Source: Phycisphaera mikurensis NBRC 102666 (GTDB taxonomy: Bacteria > Planctomycetota > Phycisphaerae > Phycisphaerales > Phycisphaeraceae). From it: a DNA stretch of 32,000 nt. This document shows, one piece after another, positions 1 through 9,032 of the stretch. The position numbers were made by a program, and so were the translations under genes. Positions within the stretch are counted from its first letter, which is position 1; every line of letters begins with the position of its first letter. The notes below the pieces were generated by a model. That model ran no database searches. It had not been told where the DNA came from and saw nothing but the letters and a program-made list of their open reading frames with translations. The DNA lies in the NCBI RefSeq assembly GCF_000284115.1, contig NC_017080.1, positions 2,670,001 to 2,702,000 on the forward strand, written 5' to 3'.

Positions 1-1
1 C

Positions 2-151
2 GTCGGCCCGCTCGCCGTCGCGCACTGCCCGATGGTCGACAAGGACTGGCTGCAGGCCGGCGCCGCCATCCGCAACCCGTACGACCCCTCGATGCTCACC
101 TGCGGCACCGTGCTCCGCACCCTCCCCGAAGGAGCCGCCGATGCTCGCTGA
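2..151 (+). CDS. 3' end of a metal-efflux-associated protein (C-terminus of a CusB-type adaptor or a DUF3347-like protein); 5' end lies outside the window
   Basis: My frame-2 translation is VGPLAVAHCPMVDKDWLQAGAAIRNPYDPSMLTCGTVLRTLPEGAADAR*. The CPM...W.Q...NPY...ML.CG pattern is one I recall from proteins encoded next to Cus/Czc pumps. Its TGA (149-151) overlaps the cusA ATG (141) by 11 nt, which suggests translational coupling. Confidence 0.45.
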   Translation, partial: VGPLAVAHCPMVDKDWLQAGAAIRNPYDPSMLTCGTVLRTLPEGAADAR

Positions 152-3100
152 TCCCAACGCCAGGGAAGGCTTCACCGCGAAGCTGATCCGCGCCTGCGTG
201 GCGAACCGCTTGCTCGTGCTGCTGCTCGCCGCGATCACCGCCGTGGGTGGCGTGTACGCCGCCCGGCACATCACCGTCGACGCGCTGCCGGACCTCTCCG
301 ACGTGCAGGTCGTCGTGCGCACCGAGTTCCCGGGCCAGGCCCCGGGCATCGTGCAGGACCAGGTGACTTACCCGCTGACCACCGCGATGCTCGCGGTGCC
401 CGACGCCGAGGTCGTGCGCGGGTATTCGATGTTCGGCACGAGCTTCGTGTATGTCCTCTTCGAGGACGGGACCGACCTGTACTGGGCGCGGAGTCGCGTG
501 CTGGAGCAGCTCTCGACCGTGGACTCGCGCCTGCCGGAGGGGGTGACGCCGGAGCTGGGGCCGGATGCGACGGCGGTGGGCTGGGTCTACCAGTACGTGC
601 TGACGACGGGGCCCTACTGCCCGGAGCACCCCGAGGGGCTTTGGCGGGACGAAGCCGGCGACTGGTCCGCGGAGAAGCCTGACGACCCGGAGGCGGAGCG
701 CGTCAAGGTCTTCGACCACGACGCCGAGGTCTGCCCGCTGGACGGGACGCCGCTCGCGCAGGCCGACGCCTCGCTCGCCGAGCTGCGGAGCCTCCAGGAC
801 TGGTACCTGCGGTACGAGTTGACGACGGTGGAGGGCGTGAGCGAGGTCGCCGCCATCGGCGGCTTCGTGAAGCAGTACCAGGTCACGATCGACCCCAACC
901 GGCTGCTGGCGTACGGGCTCCCGCTGGGCAGAGTCCGCGAGGCAATCCAGCGGAGCAACCGCGACGTGGGCGGCCGCGTGGTGGAGCGCGGCGAGACCGA
1001 GTTCATGGTCCGCGGCCGCGGCTACCTGGGGACGGGAGACCCCACGGACGGGTCCGCGGAGGACACACTGGGCCGGGAGCAGACCGACCGCGTCCTCGAA
1101 GACCTGCGTTTGATCTCGCTGGGAACCGATGAGGACGGCTCGCCAATCTACCTCCGCGACGTCGCCGACGTGGCCATCGGCCCGGAGATCCGCCGCGGCG
1201 TGGCCGAGTGGGACGGGGAGGGCGAGACCGCCGGCGGCGTGGTCATCATGCGCTTCGGCGAGAACGCGCAGGCGACGATCGACCGCGTCCGCGACCGGCT
1301 CTTCGAGCTGGAGGAGGGCCTGCCGCCCGGCGTCGCGATCGACGTCGCCTACGACCGCAGCGACCTCATCGAGCGGGCGATCCACACGGTCTCCGAGACG
1401 CTGCTCGAGGAGATCCTCGTGGTCGGCTGCGTCATCCTGATCTTCTTGGCTCACGCCCGCAGCGCCTTGGTCGCCGCGCTGGTGCTGCCCGCCGGGGTGC
1501 TGCTGACGCTGGGCGTCATGTACGCGCTGGGCCTGAACGCGAACATCATGAGCCTGGGCGGGATCGCGATCTCGATCGGCGTCATGGTCGACAGCTCGAT
1601 CGTGATGGTCGAGAACGCGCACAAGCACCTCGAACGCGAGCACCACCGGCGCGAGGCGGGCGAGCCGCCACGCAGCCACGCGTCGGTGATCGCCGACGCC
1701 AGCGCGGAGGTCGGCCCCACGCTGTTCTTCTCGCTGCTGATCATCATGGTCAGCTTCCTGCCGATCTTCGTGCTCGACGGCCAGAGCGGCCGGCTCTTCA
1801 AGCCGCTGGCCTACACCAAGACCTTCGCCATGGCGGCCGCCGCGGGCGTGGCCGTCACGCTGATCCCGGTGGTGATGGTGTACACGCTCCGCGAGGGCGG
1901 CCCCCGGAAGCGGGTCGCGGCGCTCTGCGCGGCGGGAACCTTCGTCCTCTTCGCCCTCCTCCCGCTGGGGGCGCTGGAGGACAGCCGCTGGCTCGTCGCG
2001 GTCGGCGCGGCCCTGGCCGTGCTCCTGCTGGTCCCGAGGCAGCGGATCTCCAACGAGGAGGACAACCCGATCAGCCGGGTGATCCGCGCCGCCTACGAGC
2101 CCTTCTTCCGCTTCACGATGAAGCACCGGGCGCTGACGGTCCTGATCGCGGCGCTGCTCATGAGCAGCACGCTCTACCCCTGGTCGAAGCTGGGCTCGGA
2201 GTTCATGCCGCCGCTGGAGGAGGGCGACCTCCTGTACATGCCCACGACGGACCCGGGGATCTCCGTGTCGAAGGCGACCGAGCTGCTGGCGCAGACCGAC
2301 GCGCTGATTGCCGCCTTCCCGGAGGTCGAGCACGTCTTCGGGAAGATCGGCCGGGCCGAGACCGCGACCGACCCGGCGCCGGTGTCGATGCTGGAGACGA
2401 CCATCACGCTGCACCGCGACGAGGCGGTCTGGCGGAAGCGGCCGGTGGAGCGCTTCTACTCCGGCTGGCCCGGCTGGCTCGCCTGGGCGCCCTCGAAGCT
2501 GTTGCTGCCGACACGGACGATCACGCCCGACGAGTTGATCTACGGGTACGAGCTGACCGACGCGCAACTCGGCGTGGATCGAGGCGGACGCGGCTTCCGC
2601 GTCCCGGGCATGAACGACGCCCTGCAGATCCCCGGGCTCTCCAACGCCTGGACGATGCCGATCCGCACGCGGATCGACATGCTCTCCACCGGCATCCGCA
2701 CACCGGTGGGCGTGAAGATCATGGGCCCGGACCTGACCGTCCTCTCCCGCCTCGCCGGCGAGCTTGCCGACCTGCTGAAGACCGACGAGCGGACGCGGAC
2801 CACTCTCGCCAGCGCCTTCCCGGACAAGACCGTCGGCGGCAACTACCTGGACCTGGACGTCGACCGCGAGGCGATCGCCCGCTACGGGCTCTCCTCGGGC
2901 GACCTGGCGGACGTTGTGATGACCGCCGTGGGCGGCATGAACGTGACCTCCACCGTGGAGGGACTGGAGCGCTACCCGGTGAGCCTCCGCTACCCGCGCG
3001 AGCTGCGTGACGACCCGGAGTCGCTGGAGAAGGTCCTCGTGGCAACCCCGGGCGGGGCCCAGGTCCCGCTCGGCCAACTGGCCGACGTCGTGGTTCGGCG

Positions 3101-3872
3101 CGGCCCGCCGATGATCAAGAGCGAGGACGCCCGGCCGACCAGCTGGGTGTACGTGGACATCAAGAACACGGACATCGGGACCTTCGTCGAGGCGGCGCAG
3201 GCCGTCGTCGCCGAGCGGCTGGAGCTGCCGCCGGGCTACACCGTCCGCTGGTCGGGCCAGTACGAGTACATGCAGGCCGCCCGCGAACGCCTGCAGCTGG
3301 CGATCCCGCTGGCCGCGGTGGTCATCCTCCTGTTGCTCTTCGCCGCCACGCGGAGCTGGCTGCGCGTGGGCATCGTGCTGCTGGCCGTGCCGTTCTCGCT
3401 GATCGGTGCCGCGTGGTTCACCTGGTTCCTCGGCTACGACCTGTCCTTGGCGGTGTGGGTCGGCGTGATCGCGCTCGCCGGGCTCGACGCCGAGACCGGC
3501 CTGGTGATGCTGCTCTACCTCGACGACAGCCACGAGCGGTTCAAGCGCGAGGGCCGGCTGAACACGCCCGCAGACCTGATGACCGCCGTCCACGACGGCG
3601 CGGTGCAGCGAATCCGCCCGAAGACGATGACGGTGATGACCACCTTCATCGGCCTGATGCCGCTGCTGTTCGCGACCGGCGCCGGCGCCGACACGATGCA
3701 GCGGCTGGCCGCCCCGATGATCGGCGGGCTGGCCACCAGCTTCGTCGCCGAGCTGCTGCTCTACCCGGTGCTCTTCTATGCCGCGAAGCGGCTCGCGATG
3801 AAGCGGGCGGGGGCTGCGGGGGCTGCGGGGGCTGCGGGGGCTGCGGGGGCTGCGGGGGCTGCGGGATCCTAA
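141..3872 (+). CDS. cusA: CusA/CzcA-family heavy-metal efflux RND permease (1243 aa)
   Basis: The N-terminus (VDALPDLSDVQVVVRTEFPGQAPGIVQDQVTYPLTTAMLAVP...FEDGTDLYWARSRVLEQL) closely resembles E. coli CusA. Length and the 12-TM RND layout fit. The C-terminus carries an AGAAGAAG... tail encoded by a 9-bp repeat. Confidence 0.9.
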   Translation: MLADPNAREGFTAKLIRACVANRLLVLLLAAITAVGGVYAARHITVDALPDLSDVQVVVRTEFPGQAPGIVQDQVTYPLTTAMLAVPDAEVVRGYSMFGTSFVYVLFEDGTDLYWARSRVLEQLSTVDSRLPEGVTPELGPDATAVGWVYQYVLTTGPYCPEHPEGLWRDEAGDWSAEKPDDPEAERVKVFDHDAEVCPLDGTPLAQADASLAELRSLQDWYLRYELTTVEGVSEVAAIGGFVKQYQVTIDPNRLLAYGLPLGRVREAIQRSNRDVGGRVVERGETEFMVRGRGYLGTGDPTDGSAEDTLGREQTDRVLEDLRLISLGTDEDGSPIYLRDVADVAIGPEIRRGVAEWDGEGETAGGVVIMRFGENAQATIDRVRDRLFELEEGLPPGVAIDVAYDRSDLIERAIHTVSETLLEEILVVGCVILIFLAHARSALVAALVLPAGVLLTLGVMYALGLNANIMSLGGIAISIGVMVDSSIVMVENAHKHLEREHHRREAGEPPRSHASVIADASAEVGPTLFFSLLIIMVSFLPIFVLDGQSGRLFKPLAYTKTFAMAAAAGVAVTLIPVVMVYTLREGGPRKRVAALCAAGTFVLFALLPLGALEDSRWLVAVGAALAVLLLVPRQRISNEEDNPISRVIRAAYEPFFRFTMKHRALTVLIAALLMSSTLYPWSKLGSEFMPPLEEGDLLYMPTTDPGISVSKATELLAQTDALIAAFPEVEHVFGKIGRAETATDPAPVSMLETTITLHRDEAVWRKRPVERFYSGWPGWLAWAPSKLLLPTRTITPDELIYGYELTDAQLGVDRGGRGFRVPGMNDALQIPGLSNAWTMPIRTRIDMLSTGIRTPVGVKIMGPDLTVLSRLAGELADLLKTDERTRTTLASAFPDKTVGGNYLDLDVDREAIARYGLSSGDLADVVMTAVGGMNVTSTVEGLERYPVSLRYPRELRDDPESLEKVLVATPGGAQVPLGQLADVVVRRGPPMIKSEDARPTSWVYVDIKNTDIGTFVEAAQAVVAERLELPPGYTVRWSGQYEYMQAARERLQLAIPLAAVVILLLLFAATRSWLRVGIVLLAVPFSLIGAAWFTWFLGYDLSLAVWVGVIALAGLDAETGLVMLLYLDDSHERFKREGRLNTPADLMTAVHDGAVQRIRPKTMTVMTTFIGLMPLLFATGAGADTMQRLAAPMIGGLATSFVAELLLYPVLFYAAKRLAMKRAGAAGAAGAAGAAGAAGAAGS
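3809..3862 (+). repeat. Perfect 9-bp tandem repeat (GGGGCTGCG register; 6 units) inside the cusA 3' end, encoding (AGA)n
   Basis: Read directly: gggggctgc x6 at 3809-3862, followed by gggatcctaa (stop). It is in frame, so unit gain or loss would lengthen or shorten the protein tail without a frameshift. Confidence 0.9.
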
Positions 3873-3875
3873 GCG

Positions 3876-6800
3876 GTGGGCACCCCGCCGCACGGAGGCC
3901 GGCGATCGGGCAGAATCCCGCCGATGCCGACCGATCCCCCAGCCGATGCCGACTCCCCAGGCCCGGAGCCGAAGGGTGCGGTCGCCGCCGGCGGTTCGTC
4001 CGAGGCGGTGCTGCGTGCGATGCTGGAGCGGCTCTACGGCGCGCTCACGCGCGGCCCCGGCATCAACTGCCGGCCGCACCGCAGCCGGCAGCGCGTCGAC
4101 CTCACCGACCTGGACCTCTTCGCCGACGTGCCCTGCGCGGAGGTGCTCGGCCGGCTGCTGGGCGAGCCGGCGGAGGCGGAGGTGAAGGCGAGCGTGCCGC
4201 CGCCGGAGGGGCTGAGCGAGGGGGCCGCCGGCAGGAGGAAAGCGGCCAAGGCGGAGCCGCCGGAGGAAGACCGGCAGGAGCGGCAGGAGGAGGACAGGCG
4301 GCCGGCCTTCGTGAACCTGGGGGACCGCGATCCTTACAAGGAGCCGCGGCAGGCGCTGCCCGAGCGGGGGCGACCCGGGCCCGAGGCCGCGTCCGAGCCG
4401 GAGCCCGGGCCGCTCACGCCCAAAGAGGCCTACGCCGCCCAGCGGAAGCTGCTGACCAAGCTGCGCGCGCTCGAGGACGAGGCCCGCACCTACCTGCACG
4501 ACACCGGCGTGCACGCGCTGCACCTGGGCTACCCGCTGCTGTCGCTGCCGCCGGGCTTCGCCGGCGGGAGCAAGCGGATCCTCGCGCCGATCGCCTTCAC
4601 GCCGATCGAACTCGAGGCCAAGAGCGGCGTGAAGCCGGGCGTGCGGCTCGCGGCGAGGGCCGACGACGAGGACCGGCTCGTCATCAACCCGGCGCTGCTC
4701 GCCTGGCTGGAGCGGACGCTGGGCGAGCGCCTCGACCTCGCGGCCGCGGGCGTGCTGGACGAGGAGCCCGGCGGGGCCGAGCCCGACCCCGAGGCGGCGG
4801 AGCGGGCGGCGGCCGCGGCCCCCGGGCCGATGCCGCCGGTGGCGGAGATCGTCGCGCTGGTGCGGGCGGTGGCCGACGCCCTCGGCCTCGAGGACGACGC
4901 GCTCGCGGGCTGGGCCGGCGAGGCTCCCGCCGACGCCATCGCGGCGCTGGGCGCCTGCCCGCCGACCGAGCGGCTGCCCCGGGAGCCGGCGCTGGTCAAC
5001 GCCGCCGTGCTGGGCCTCTTCCCCGCCGGCAACCAGGGCCTGCTCCGCGACACGCGGGAGATGATCGAGGACGGTGCGCCCGACGGGCTCGCCGGAGCGT
5101 TCCTCTCCGCCGACCGCAGCTTCGACGCGCTCGCCGCCTCGCTCCGCGAGGAACCCGCGGACCGCGGGCCCCCCGGCGACGAAACGGCGGCGATCCGCGG
5201 CGAGCGCTTCGTGACGCTCGCCGACCCCTCGCAGGCGCTCGCCGTCGAGGCGGCCCGCCGCGAGCCGTGCCTGGTGCTGCACGGCCCCCCGGGCACCGGC
5301 AAGAGCCAGACGATCACCAACGTGATCGGCGACCACCTCGCCCGCGGGCAGCGGGTGCTGTTCGTGTGCGACAAGCAGACGGCGCTGGACGTCGTCTACC
5401 ACCGGCTCGAAGCCCTCGGCCTCGACCGGCTGTGCGCCCGCGTTCACGACCCGCAGCGCGACCGGCGGACGCTGTACATGTCGGTGCGGGAGACGCTCGC
5501 GGGCCTGGCCGACGCGGCGGAGAACCCCCGCAGCGAGGTGAAGCTGCAGAAGGCCGACGACGAGCTGGCGGAGATCCACGCGGACCTCACCGGCCTGCAC
5601 GCCGCGTTGATGCAGCCGCCGGGCGCTTCCGCCTCCGCCAACGGCGACGAGAGCTTCCACGCGCTGACCGGGCGCTACCTCGGCTCCGAGGCGATGGAGC
5701 TGCCGGCGTCGCTGCTCGCGGACGCGACCGAGGAGGGACTCTTGGAGCACCGCCGCGGGATCGACCTGGTGCTGGAGCGGGGAGCGAAGCTGGGCTTCGC
5801 GACGCACCCGTGGCTGGTGGCCGGGGCCGGGGATCCCGCCGGCGGCCTCGACGCGCACCTCAGCCGGCCGCCGGCACGCTCGGGCGAGCTGCTCCGGGAG
5901 GCGGTGGCCGCGGCGGAAGCGCTCGACGCGGCGGACGCCGAGGCGGCGCCGCCCGCCGCGCCGCCCTTCGAGCCGGGCCGCCCGCTCGCCGAGCAGGACG
6001 CGGAGCGGGCCGACCTGCTGCGGCGGCTCTCGTGGCTGCAGGAGCGCCCGGACCCGGCCGCCGCCGCGCTGGCGGCCGGCATCGACGCCGGCGCGATCGA
6101 CCGGCTCCGGACGCTGCTCGGTGGCGCGGCGTCGGATGCCGCCGAGATCCAGCGCAACCCGGTCGACCCGGGCATCGCCGAGGTGCTCGCGGACGATCCG
6201 CCCGGCCCCGCCGCCGTCGCCGAGCAGGTGGGCGGGCTGGAGCAGTACCTCGACGCCGCCGGCAGGTGGTACGCCTTCGCGCTGCTGGGTCCCAAGAAGG
6301 TCGCCCGCGGCGTCCTCCGCCGCTACGGCAAGACGCTCACGCCCGCCAACGCCGCCGCCGTGCGCGATGCGCTTGACGGGCTGGCGACGCGGCGGCGGCT
6401 GGATTCCGTGCTGGAGCAGGTGACCGGGAGCCGGCCGAATCGGCGGCTCCTCGCCGACGCCGAGCTGCTCCTCGCGGTCGAGCGGTGGGGCCACCTGCTG
6501 CACGCCCGGTCGGCCGTGGAGCGGGAAGACCACCCGCTGCGGGTCCCGCTGCGGGCGGCGCTGGCCGACCCCGCCGGGCTGGACGCACTCGCCGAGCGGC
6601 TGCGTCGCTCCCCCGCCCGATCCGCCGCGATCGCCGCCGCCGAGGCGGCGCTGGGCGCGACCGGCGTGCTCTCTTCGCCCTTCCGGGAAGCTCGCTCCGC
6701 GGCCGTCCGCGCCGCGCCCGGGAACGCCGCCGAGCCGCTCCGCCCGCTGCTGGACCGCGTCGGCGACCTCGAGGACGTGCTCCGCTTCGCCGAGGGGCTC

Positions 6801-8615
6801 GCCTCGCTCCCGGAGGGAGTCGCCGCCGCCCTGGACCCGCTGCTCCGTGCCGCCGCCTCGCCCGAGACCGGCCGCGCGGCGCTGGTCAGGCGTTGCCTCG
6901 GCCACGAGCTCGCCCGCCGGCTCGCCGCCGAGCCGCGGCTCTCCCGGCTCGACCCCGCGGCCATCGAGCACGCGGCCGGGCGCTTCGCGACGCTCGAGAA
7001 GAAGAAGAGCGGCCTCGTCCGCGACGCGATCCTGCACCGCTGGACGCGGCAGCAGCGGCGCCGGCTGCTGGCGGAGTCGGGCAACCGCCTCAACGGCGTC
7101 GGCACCGCCGTCCGCCAGCGGCTCTTCGTCACCGGCAAGCGGGCGATGCGGCTGCGGCAGGTCATCCGGCTCGGCGCGCAGCTCGGCCGCGACGAGGCGC
7201 GCGAGCGGGCGCAGCAGGAGCCGCTCGTGGACGAACCGGGCGGGATCACGCCCGCGCTGGACCCGCTCTTGGACCTCCGCCCGGTCTGGCTCGCCAGCCC
7301 CGAGGCCGTCGCGCAGTGCTTCCCGCGCGAAGCCGTGTTCGACCTCATCGTCTTCGACGAGGCGAGCCAGCTCCGCCTGGAGGAGGCGATCCCGGTGCTC
7401 ACCCGCGGCCGCCGCGTCGTCATCGCCGGCGACCCGCAGCAGCTGCCGCCGACCCGCTTCTTCGAGGCGGCTTTCGACGAGGGCGAGGCCGGCGAGATCC
7501 AGGACGAGGACGACCTCTTCGAGGCGCAGCAACGCGGCACCGAGGACCTGCTGTCCGCGGCGCTCAACCTCGACGCCTCCTCCACGTACCTCGACGTCCA
7601 CTACCGCAGCGAGGATCCCGGGCTCATCCGCTTCAGCAACGAGCACTTCTACCGCGGCCGGCTGCAGGCCCTCCCGGTGCCGCCGAACCGCCGCGACCGC
7701 GGCCCCGCGGTGGAGCTGATCCGCGTCGACGGCACGTACGCGAATCGTGCCAACGCCGGCGAGGCCGCGGCGGTCGTCGCGAAGGTGGCCGAGCTGCTGT
7801 CGGCGAAGCGGCCGCCGAGCATCGGCATCGCGTGCTTCAACACGACGCAGCGCGACGCCATCGCCGAGGCACTGGAGGTCGCGGCGATGGACGACGCCGG
7901 CTTCGCCGCGAAGCTCGCGGACGCTCGGGCGCTGGAGCGCGACGGGCAGAACGAGAGCCTCTTCGTGAAGAACCTCGAGAACGTGCAGGGCGACGAGCGG
8001 GACCACCTGCTGATCAGCACGACCTACGGGCCCGACGCGAGGGGCCGCTTCTACCGGCGCTTCGGGCCGCTGGGGATGGCCGGGGGCGGGCGCCGGCTCA
8101 ACGTGCTGGTCACGCGGGCCCGCGCGAAGATCCACGTGCTCACCTCGATCCCGGCGGCTTCCTACCGCGGGCTCGAAGAGCCCGGAGGCAGCGGCACGCC
8201 CTCGGGCTCGTGGCTGCTGTTCGCCTACCTCGCCATGGCCGACGGCGCCGGGGCGGGCACGCCCGCGGCCGCCGACCCCGCGGAGCCGGGCCTGCACGTG
8301 CACCCCTCCGCCGCGCCCTCCCGCCTCGCCGAGGCCGTCGGGGCGCGTCTGGCGGCTGCGCACCCCCAAGACCGCGTCGACGTCCACCTCGGCAACGAGG
8401 GCTTCCTCCTCGACGTCGCCGACGCGGCACCCGGCGGCGCGACCTCGACGGCCCTCATCGACTTCGCCCGCTACGCCGCGGCGCCCGATCCGGTCCGCTG
8501 GGATCTCTACCGCGGCGGCATCCTGCGGTGGCGCGGCTGGAAGCCGGCCCGCCTGTGGAGCCCCGCGGTGCTGCGGGACCCGGCCTCCGCCGCCGCCGCC
8601 GTTCGCCCGGCGTAG
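3876..8615 (+). CDS. Large DUF4011-type Upf1-like superfamily-1 helicase with a C-terminal Vsr/DUF559-like (PD-(D/E)xK fold) region (1579 aa from GTG 3876; alternative ATG at 3924)
   Basis: Walker A is LVLHGPPGTGKSQTITNVI and Walker B/motif II is LIVFDEASQL. Further helicase motifs are VIAGDPQQLPPT, YLDVHYRSEDPGLIRFSNEHFYRGRLQ, LENVQGDERDHLLIS and RRLNVLVTRARAKIHVL (AAA_11/AAA_12 style). The N-terminal LLTKLRALEDEARTYLHDTGVHALHLGYPLLSL is DUF4011-like. The C-terminal VDVHLGNEGFLLDVAD...ALIDFARY...RWDLYRGGILRWRGWKPARLWS resembles DUF559/Vsr-like endonuclease domains. The ORF starts 3 nt after the cusA stop. Confidence 0.85.
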   Translation: MGTPPHGGRRSGRIPPMPTDPPADADSPGPEPKGAVAAGGSSEAVLRAMLERLYGALTRGPGINCRPHRSRQRVDLTDLDLFADVPCAEVLGRLLGEPAEAEVKASVPPPEGLSEGAAGRRKAAKAEPPEEDRQERQEEDRRPAFVNLGDRDPYKEPRQALPERGRPGPEAASEPEPGPLTPKEAYAAQRKLLTKLRALEDEARTYLHDTGVHALHLGYPLLSLPPGFAGGSKRILAPIAFTPIELEAKSGVKPGVRLAARADDEDRLVINPALLAWLERTLGERLDLAAAGVLDEEPGGAEPDPEAAERAAAAAPGPMPPVAEIVALVRAVADALGLEDDALAGWAGEAPADAIAALGACPPTERLPREPALVNAAVLGLFPAGNQGLLRDTREMIEDGAPDGLAGAFLSADRSFDALAASLREEPADRGPPGDETAAIRGERFVTLADPSQALAVEAARREPCLVLHGPPGTGKSQTITNVIGDHLARGQRVLFVCDKQTALDVVYHRLEALGLDRLCARVHDPQRDRRTLYMSVRETLAGLADAAENPRSEVKLQKADDELAEIHADLTGLHAALMQPPGASASANGDESFHALTGRYLGSEAMELPASLLADATEEGLLEHRRGIDLVLERGAKLGFATHPWLVAGAGDPAGGLDAHLSRPPARSGELLREAVAAAEALDAADAEAAPPAAPPFEPGRPLAEQDAERADLLRRLSWLQERPDPAAAALAAGIDAGAIDRLRTLLGGAASDAAEIQRNPVDPGIAEVLADDPPGPAAVAEQVGGLEQYLDAAGRWYAFALLGPKKVARGVLRRYGKTLTPANAAAVRDALDGLATRRRLDSVLEQVTGSRPNRRLLADAELLLAVERWGHLLHARSAVEREDHPLRVPLRAALADPAGLDALAERLRRSPARSAAIAAAEAALGATGVLSSPFREARSAAVRAAPGNAAEPLRPLLDRVGDLEDVLRFAEGLASLPEGVAAALDPLLRAAASPETGRAALVRRCLGHELARRLAAEPRLSRLDPAAIEHAAGRFATLEKKKSGLVRDAILHRWTRQQRRRLLAESGNRLNGVGTAVRQRLFVTGKRAMRLRQVIRLGAQLGRDEARERAQQEPLVDEPGGITPALDPLLDLRPVWLASPEAVAQCFPREAVFDLIVFDEASQLRLEEAIPVLTRGRRVVIAGDPQQLPPTRFFEAAFDEGEAGEIQDEDDLFEAQQRGTEDLLSAALNLDASSTYLDVHYRSEDPGLIRFSNEHFYRGRLQALPVPPNRRDRGPAVELIRVDGTYANRANAGEAAAVVAKVAELLSAKRPPSIGIACFNTTQRDAIAEALEVAAMDDAGFAAKLADARALERDGQNESLFVKNLENVQGDERDHLLISTTYGPDARGRFYRRFGPLGMAGGGRRLNVLVTRARAKIHVLTSIPAASYRGLEEPGGSGTPSGSWLLFAYLAMADGAGAGTPAAADPAEPGLHVHPSAAPSRLAEAVGARLAAAHPQDRVDVHLGNEGFLLDVADAAPGGATSTALIDFARYAAAPDPVRWDLYRGGILRWRGWKPARLWSPAVLRDPASAAAAVRPA

Positions 8616-8751
8616 AAGCGTGACGCTTGCCGCCGCCCGCGGTCCTGCAGATCGTGACCGCCTGCGGCCCGCAGGCAGAGGGGCCGCGCAGCGACGCGTT
8701 CGCGGGCTGCCGACGCGGCGGCTGCGCCCGCTGCCGTGCCCTCGGCCAGAG

Positions 8752-8790
8752 GCGCACGCGCCGGAACCTCCCGCGTGCGCAGCTTTTGTG
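8752..8790 (+). terminator. Putative intrinsic terminator downstream of the helicase gene
   Basis: A 9-bp stem pairs GCGCACGCG (8752-8760) with CGCGTGCGC (8772-8780) around an 11-nt loop. It is followed by AGCTTTTGTGG. Confidence 0.45.
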
Positions 8791-9032
8791 GCGGACCGCG
8801 TGGCACGGCGGCGGGCTGCACCCAATGATCCCTAAGCCTTCGCGGGTCCCGCGCCACCCGCTGCCCCGGCTTCCTCGAAGCCGCTCCCGGGCCCTGCCAG
8901 GAGACGGCGGAGGCCCGGCGCCTCCCCGCCCGCGGCCCCCGGGCTTCAGTGCGGCGGGAGGCCGGCCGATGGACGCCGTGAAGCTGGGCAAGCCGATCGG
9001 GCGGGCCACTCCACCACGACGCCGAGCCCGCC

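Noticed and set aside
3413-6376. 987-aa plus-strand ORF, and similar alternative-frame ORFs (1208-3010, 6485-8623, 6323-7585)
   Set aside because: These are off-frame readings of cusA or the helicase. They are extremely Arg/Gly/Pro-rich, with runs such as GGCGGCGGCGG that only mirror the 9-bp DNA repeat.
8657-8673. Perfect palindrome GCCTGCGG-C-CCGCAGGC downstream of the helicase, considered as a regulatory site or terminator
   Set aside because: Short GC palindromes are expected by chance at this GC content. The 1-nt loop cannot form a stable hairpin, and there is no T-tract or repeated occurrence.
96-8825. 2909-aa minus-strand ORF, the longest in the track
   Set aside because: It runs antisense to cusA and the helicase, both of which have unmistakable motifs. 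Its product is Arg/Gly/Ala/Pro-rich low complexity with no motif. Stop codons are rare in antisense frames at about 73% GC, which explains its length.
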